Origin: Eutreptiella sp. 'Long Island Sound 2002'
Taxonomy: Eukaryota > Protista > Euglenida
NCBI GenBank assembly: GCA_964036045.1
Contig: OZ038378.1
Coordinates: 20,770,001-20,834,000, forward strand
Direction: 5' to 3'
DNA length: 64,000 nucleotides
Shown here one piece after another: positions 61,270 through 64,000 of the stretch (position 1 is the first letter of the stretch; every line of letters begins with the position of its first letter). Made by a program: the position numbers and the translations under genes. The notes under the pieces are model-generated. The model did not search any database. It saw only the letters and a program-made list of their open reading frames with translations, and had not been told where the DNA came from.

Positions 61270-62085
61270 TCGTGGGAGATTGGCTACATAGCCCTTGCTG
61301 TATGGGGGTCCCCAATGCTTCAAAGAGGGGGACAATAACACCAGTGGCCGACAAGCGGGTAGATTGGCTACATAAGCCCACCGTCTAGGAGGTCCCCAAT
61401 GCTTCAGAGCGGGGATAAAATCAAAAGTGGCCCACCAATGGGCAGGTTGACAACATATCCCCCGCCATCTTGGGGGTCCCCAACGCTTCAGAGTTGGGGA
61501 GAAAATTAGAAGTGGCCCACAAATGGGCAAATTGGCTGTATAACCCTTGCTGTCCGGGGATGCCCAATGTTTTAGGGTGGGGGAGGAAATCAGCATGGGC
61601 CCAAGCGGGCCGATGGGCTACATAACCCGTGCCATCTGGGTGGGGGGGGGGGCGGCGGGGGGGGGGGGGGGGGGGCAACGCTTCACAGTGGGGGAGAAAA
61701 TCAGAAGTGGCCCACAAATCTGTAGATTGGCTCCATAACCCCTGGGGTTCAGGGGTCCCCAACGCTTGAGAGCGGGGGAGAAAATCAGAAATGGCCCACA
61801 AATGGGCAGGTCAACTCCATAACCCCCACCGTTTGGGGGATCCCCAACGCTTCAGAGTGGGGAAGAAAATCAGAAGTGGCCCACAAATGGGCCAATTGGC
61901 TACATAACCCCTGCCGTCTGGGGTCCCCACCGCTTGAGAGCAGGGGAGAAAATCAGAAGTGGCCCACAAATGGGCAGATTGGCCACATAACCCCTGCCGT
62001 TTAGGGGGTCCCCTATACTTCAGAGCGGGGGACAAAATCAGAAGTGGCCCACATGTAGGCAGATGAGCTACATAATCCAAGCATG
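61270..62085. repeat. ~84-bp tandem satellite (aaaatcagaagtggcccacaaatggg...ggctacataacccc...)
   Basis: Unit starts at 61697, 61781, 61866, 61949 and 62034. Related copies at 62460-62870. Confidence 0.9.
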
Positions 62086-62420
62086 TAATTTTTTTCCGGG
62101 GGGTAAAATTTCTTTGCAGTAAAATTGTGTGATTTTTTTTTGCGGTAAACACGAGTACAAAAAAAAATTGTCCCGTTATGTAATCTTTTTTCTGCGGTAA
62201 ACAAGAGTACAAAAAACTTGTCCTGTCGTGTAATATGTTTTTTGCGGTAAACGTGAGTACAAAAAAATGGTCACCTCATGCAATTTTTTCTTGTAGTTTA
62301 CTCACAATGGCCGCAAAAAAATACACAACGGTACGATTCTTGTGTTACGCACATTTACCGCAAAAAAATAAAACGAATTACAACATACACACAACACAAC
62401 ACAACACGACTGCACACCTG
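62085..62420. repeat. AT-rich ~55-bp tandem repeat (gtaat..tttttgcggtaaac..gagtacaaaaaa) ending in (CACAA)n
   Basis: Three to four copies. Related AT-rich cgtgtaat repeats at 59470-59710. Confidence 0.75.
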
Positions 62421-64000
62421 AAGCAGCGCACCGTTAGGCGCCCACCATTATTTTCTTGATGAATTACCTACCTTGGCTACCTTACCCATGCCGTCTCATA
62501 GGCACACATGTAGGCAAAGTGGCTGCAAAACCCATTCCGTCTTCGGGGTCCCCAGTGCCCAGCCTAGGGAGGAAATCAAAATAGCTACACAACCCCTGCT
62601 GTCTTGGGGACACACGCGTGGGCAAAAAAGGGTCCATAACCGCTACCACCTTTGGGGTCCCCCGAGCGAGAAGAAATTGAAGTGGCTACATAACCCCTGC
62701 CAATTCAGGGGCCCACATGTGGGCAAAGTGATCAGACATCCTTTGCCCCGTTGGAGGTCACCAGCGCCCAGCGCGGGGAACAAATCAAAATGGCTACACA
62801 ACGCCTGCCTCCTTGGGGGACCACGTGTGGGCAAAGGGGCTACATAACCCCAATCATCTTGGAGGGGTTATGGGCCTTTGCCTTGACCCCCCGCTGCGGG
62901 ATACGAGAGTTGAATGCTACACTGCTAAAGCAAGCAGGCGAGTGCAATACAACAAAGTCAGAACAAAAAGCTCTTCAGTGACATTGCCATAGGCGCCCTT
63001 CGCTGTGAAACAGGAAATACCCCGAGGTACAGTGCATAAGGGGGCTCATTCAGGTAACACGCACAAAGCTATTCCTACTGAAATGCCGGACACAAAGTTC
63101 GAACTACACCAGACCAACATCAGTGCACCCCCTCCCCCGGTGGACTCCCCAGCCCACTGACGCTGGACCCTCTGCCGAATTAGCCAGAGCACACAAAGTG
63201 TCGCCATCCGCTGCCCAATCGCCGCACCATTCTGTACATGGTCCTTCGTGTGGTACATGCCACAACGCATAGAAACCCAACCTCCACTCTGCTGTCCTTC
63301 GTAACCAGCCCCACAAATCTGCAACAGAAAACGACATATCTGACCCCCCCCCAAGCCCCCCCCCCCCGCCGGGCGTTGCTTGAGCGGAGGGGGGAGGGGG
63401 GGAGGGGGTCCAGGTGGGAGCCCCCCCCCCTTGCCGAAATGACCCATATCCACCAGAAATTGCAAAAATGCACCACACCGACCCATTCAGCAAAAACATT
63501 TGTCATAGTATCTGAAGACAGGTAATCAACTCATCTTTTTGGGTCCATACATTGTGCCCTCAGGCAACACAAACAGGAAACACGGAGGAATGCCAAATTG
63601 TTTGTCGAAGATCAATCAGAGTTCGACTCACCTGAGCTGGACTCACCAATGTGTTCCTCTTCTGAACTGCAAGAGGAACCACAAGAATCTGAGCAGGATG
63701 ACGAGTCACTACTTGGGGCGGACACTCATTTGTGTGGAACATGCTTTCTGTGCAACATTGTATGCCTCTTGCCTTTTCTTCCTAGTCCATCTATCTTGGA
63801 AGCAAAAATAGAGGATCGCGTTTATAATGTCGCCGCGTTTTGCGCGGGGACACAGTTGGACCCGGGTGCCGAAGAACGTACTTATGGGACGCGGGGACAG
63901 GGTGCCTGCAACAGAGGGAAGAAATGATACGAATGGAGTGATCAAAGAACCTTGCTGTAGGTACGCCAAAGGCGCGGGAGGAAAAAATTGGCCCAAAGCG

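Noticed and set aside
1-64000. Fanzor/TnpB/IscB or Helitron Rep-helicase
   Set aside because: No RuvC, zinc-ribbon plus RDxNAA, or HUH/PIF1 motifs were recognised by eye; heavily decayed copies could be missed.

Overview
Repeat-rich, intron-rich eukaryotic nuclear DNA with canonical GT-AG introns, a probable spliced-leader acceptor and TTAGGG-like tracts. It looks euglenid (Eutreptiella/Euglena-like), but that is recognition of repeat style and was not verified. Host genes: two 5' exons of PITHD1 (minus, 1.5-4.7 kb) and scattered exons of at least one very large unidentified minus-strand gene (about 22-58 kb). The main element is a near-complete 5,161-bp tyrosine-recombinase (YR) retrotransposon at 22581-27741 (minus). 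It has VIPER/TATE-type order gag-YR-RT/RNaseH, split direct repeats A1...B1-A2-spacer-B2 and a GTT crossover core shared by both ends and the internal junction. gag and YR are in one frame, separated by a single UGA followed by a GC stem-loop. It is inserted in the left terminus of a non-autonomous TIR element with an 8-bp TSD and telomere-like tracts. A sibling of that element (13405-18996) carries four tandem ~1.2-kb non-coding cassettes and supplies the empty-site sequence. Also present: a TA-flanked pogo-like DNA transposon with a C-terminal chromodomain (19180-21359), a second pogo-like transposase fragment, a 6-bp-TSD MITE carrying a tRNA-Cys-like relic, two further decayed YR elements, RNase H relics of non-LTR elements, a tentative decayed viral D5-type primase-helicase, and many micro/minisatellites. 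No rRNA, intact tRNA, SL/5S gene, CRISPR array or Fanzor/TnpB motif was recognised. All alignments were done by eye.
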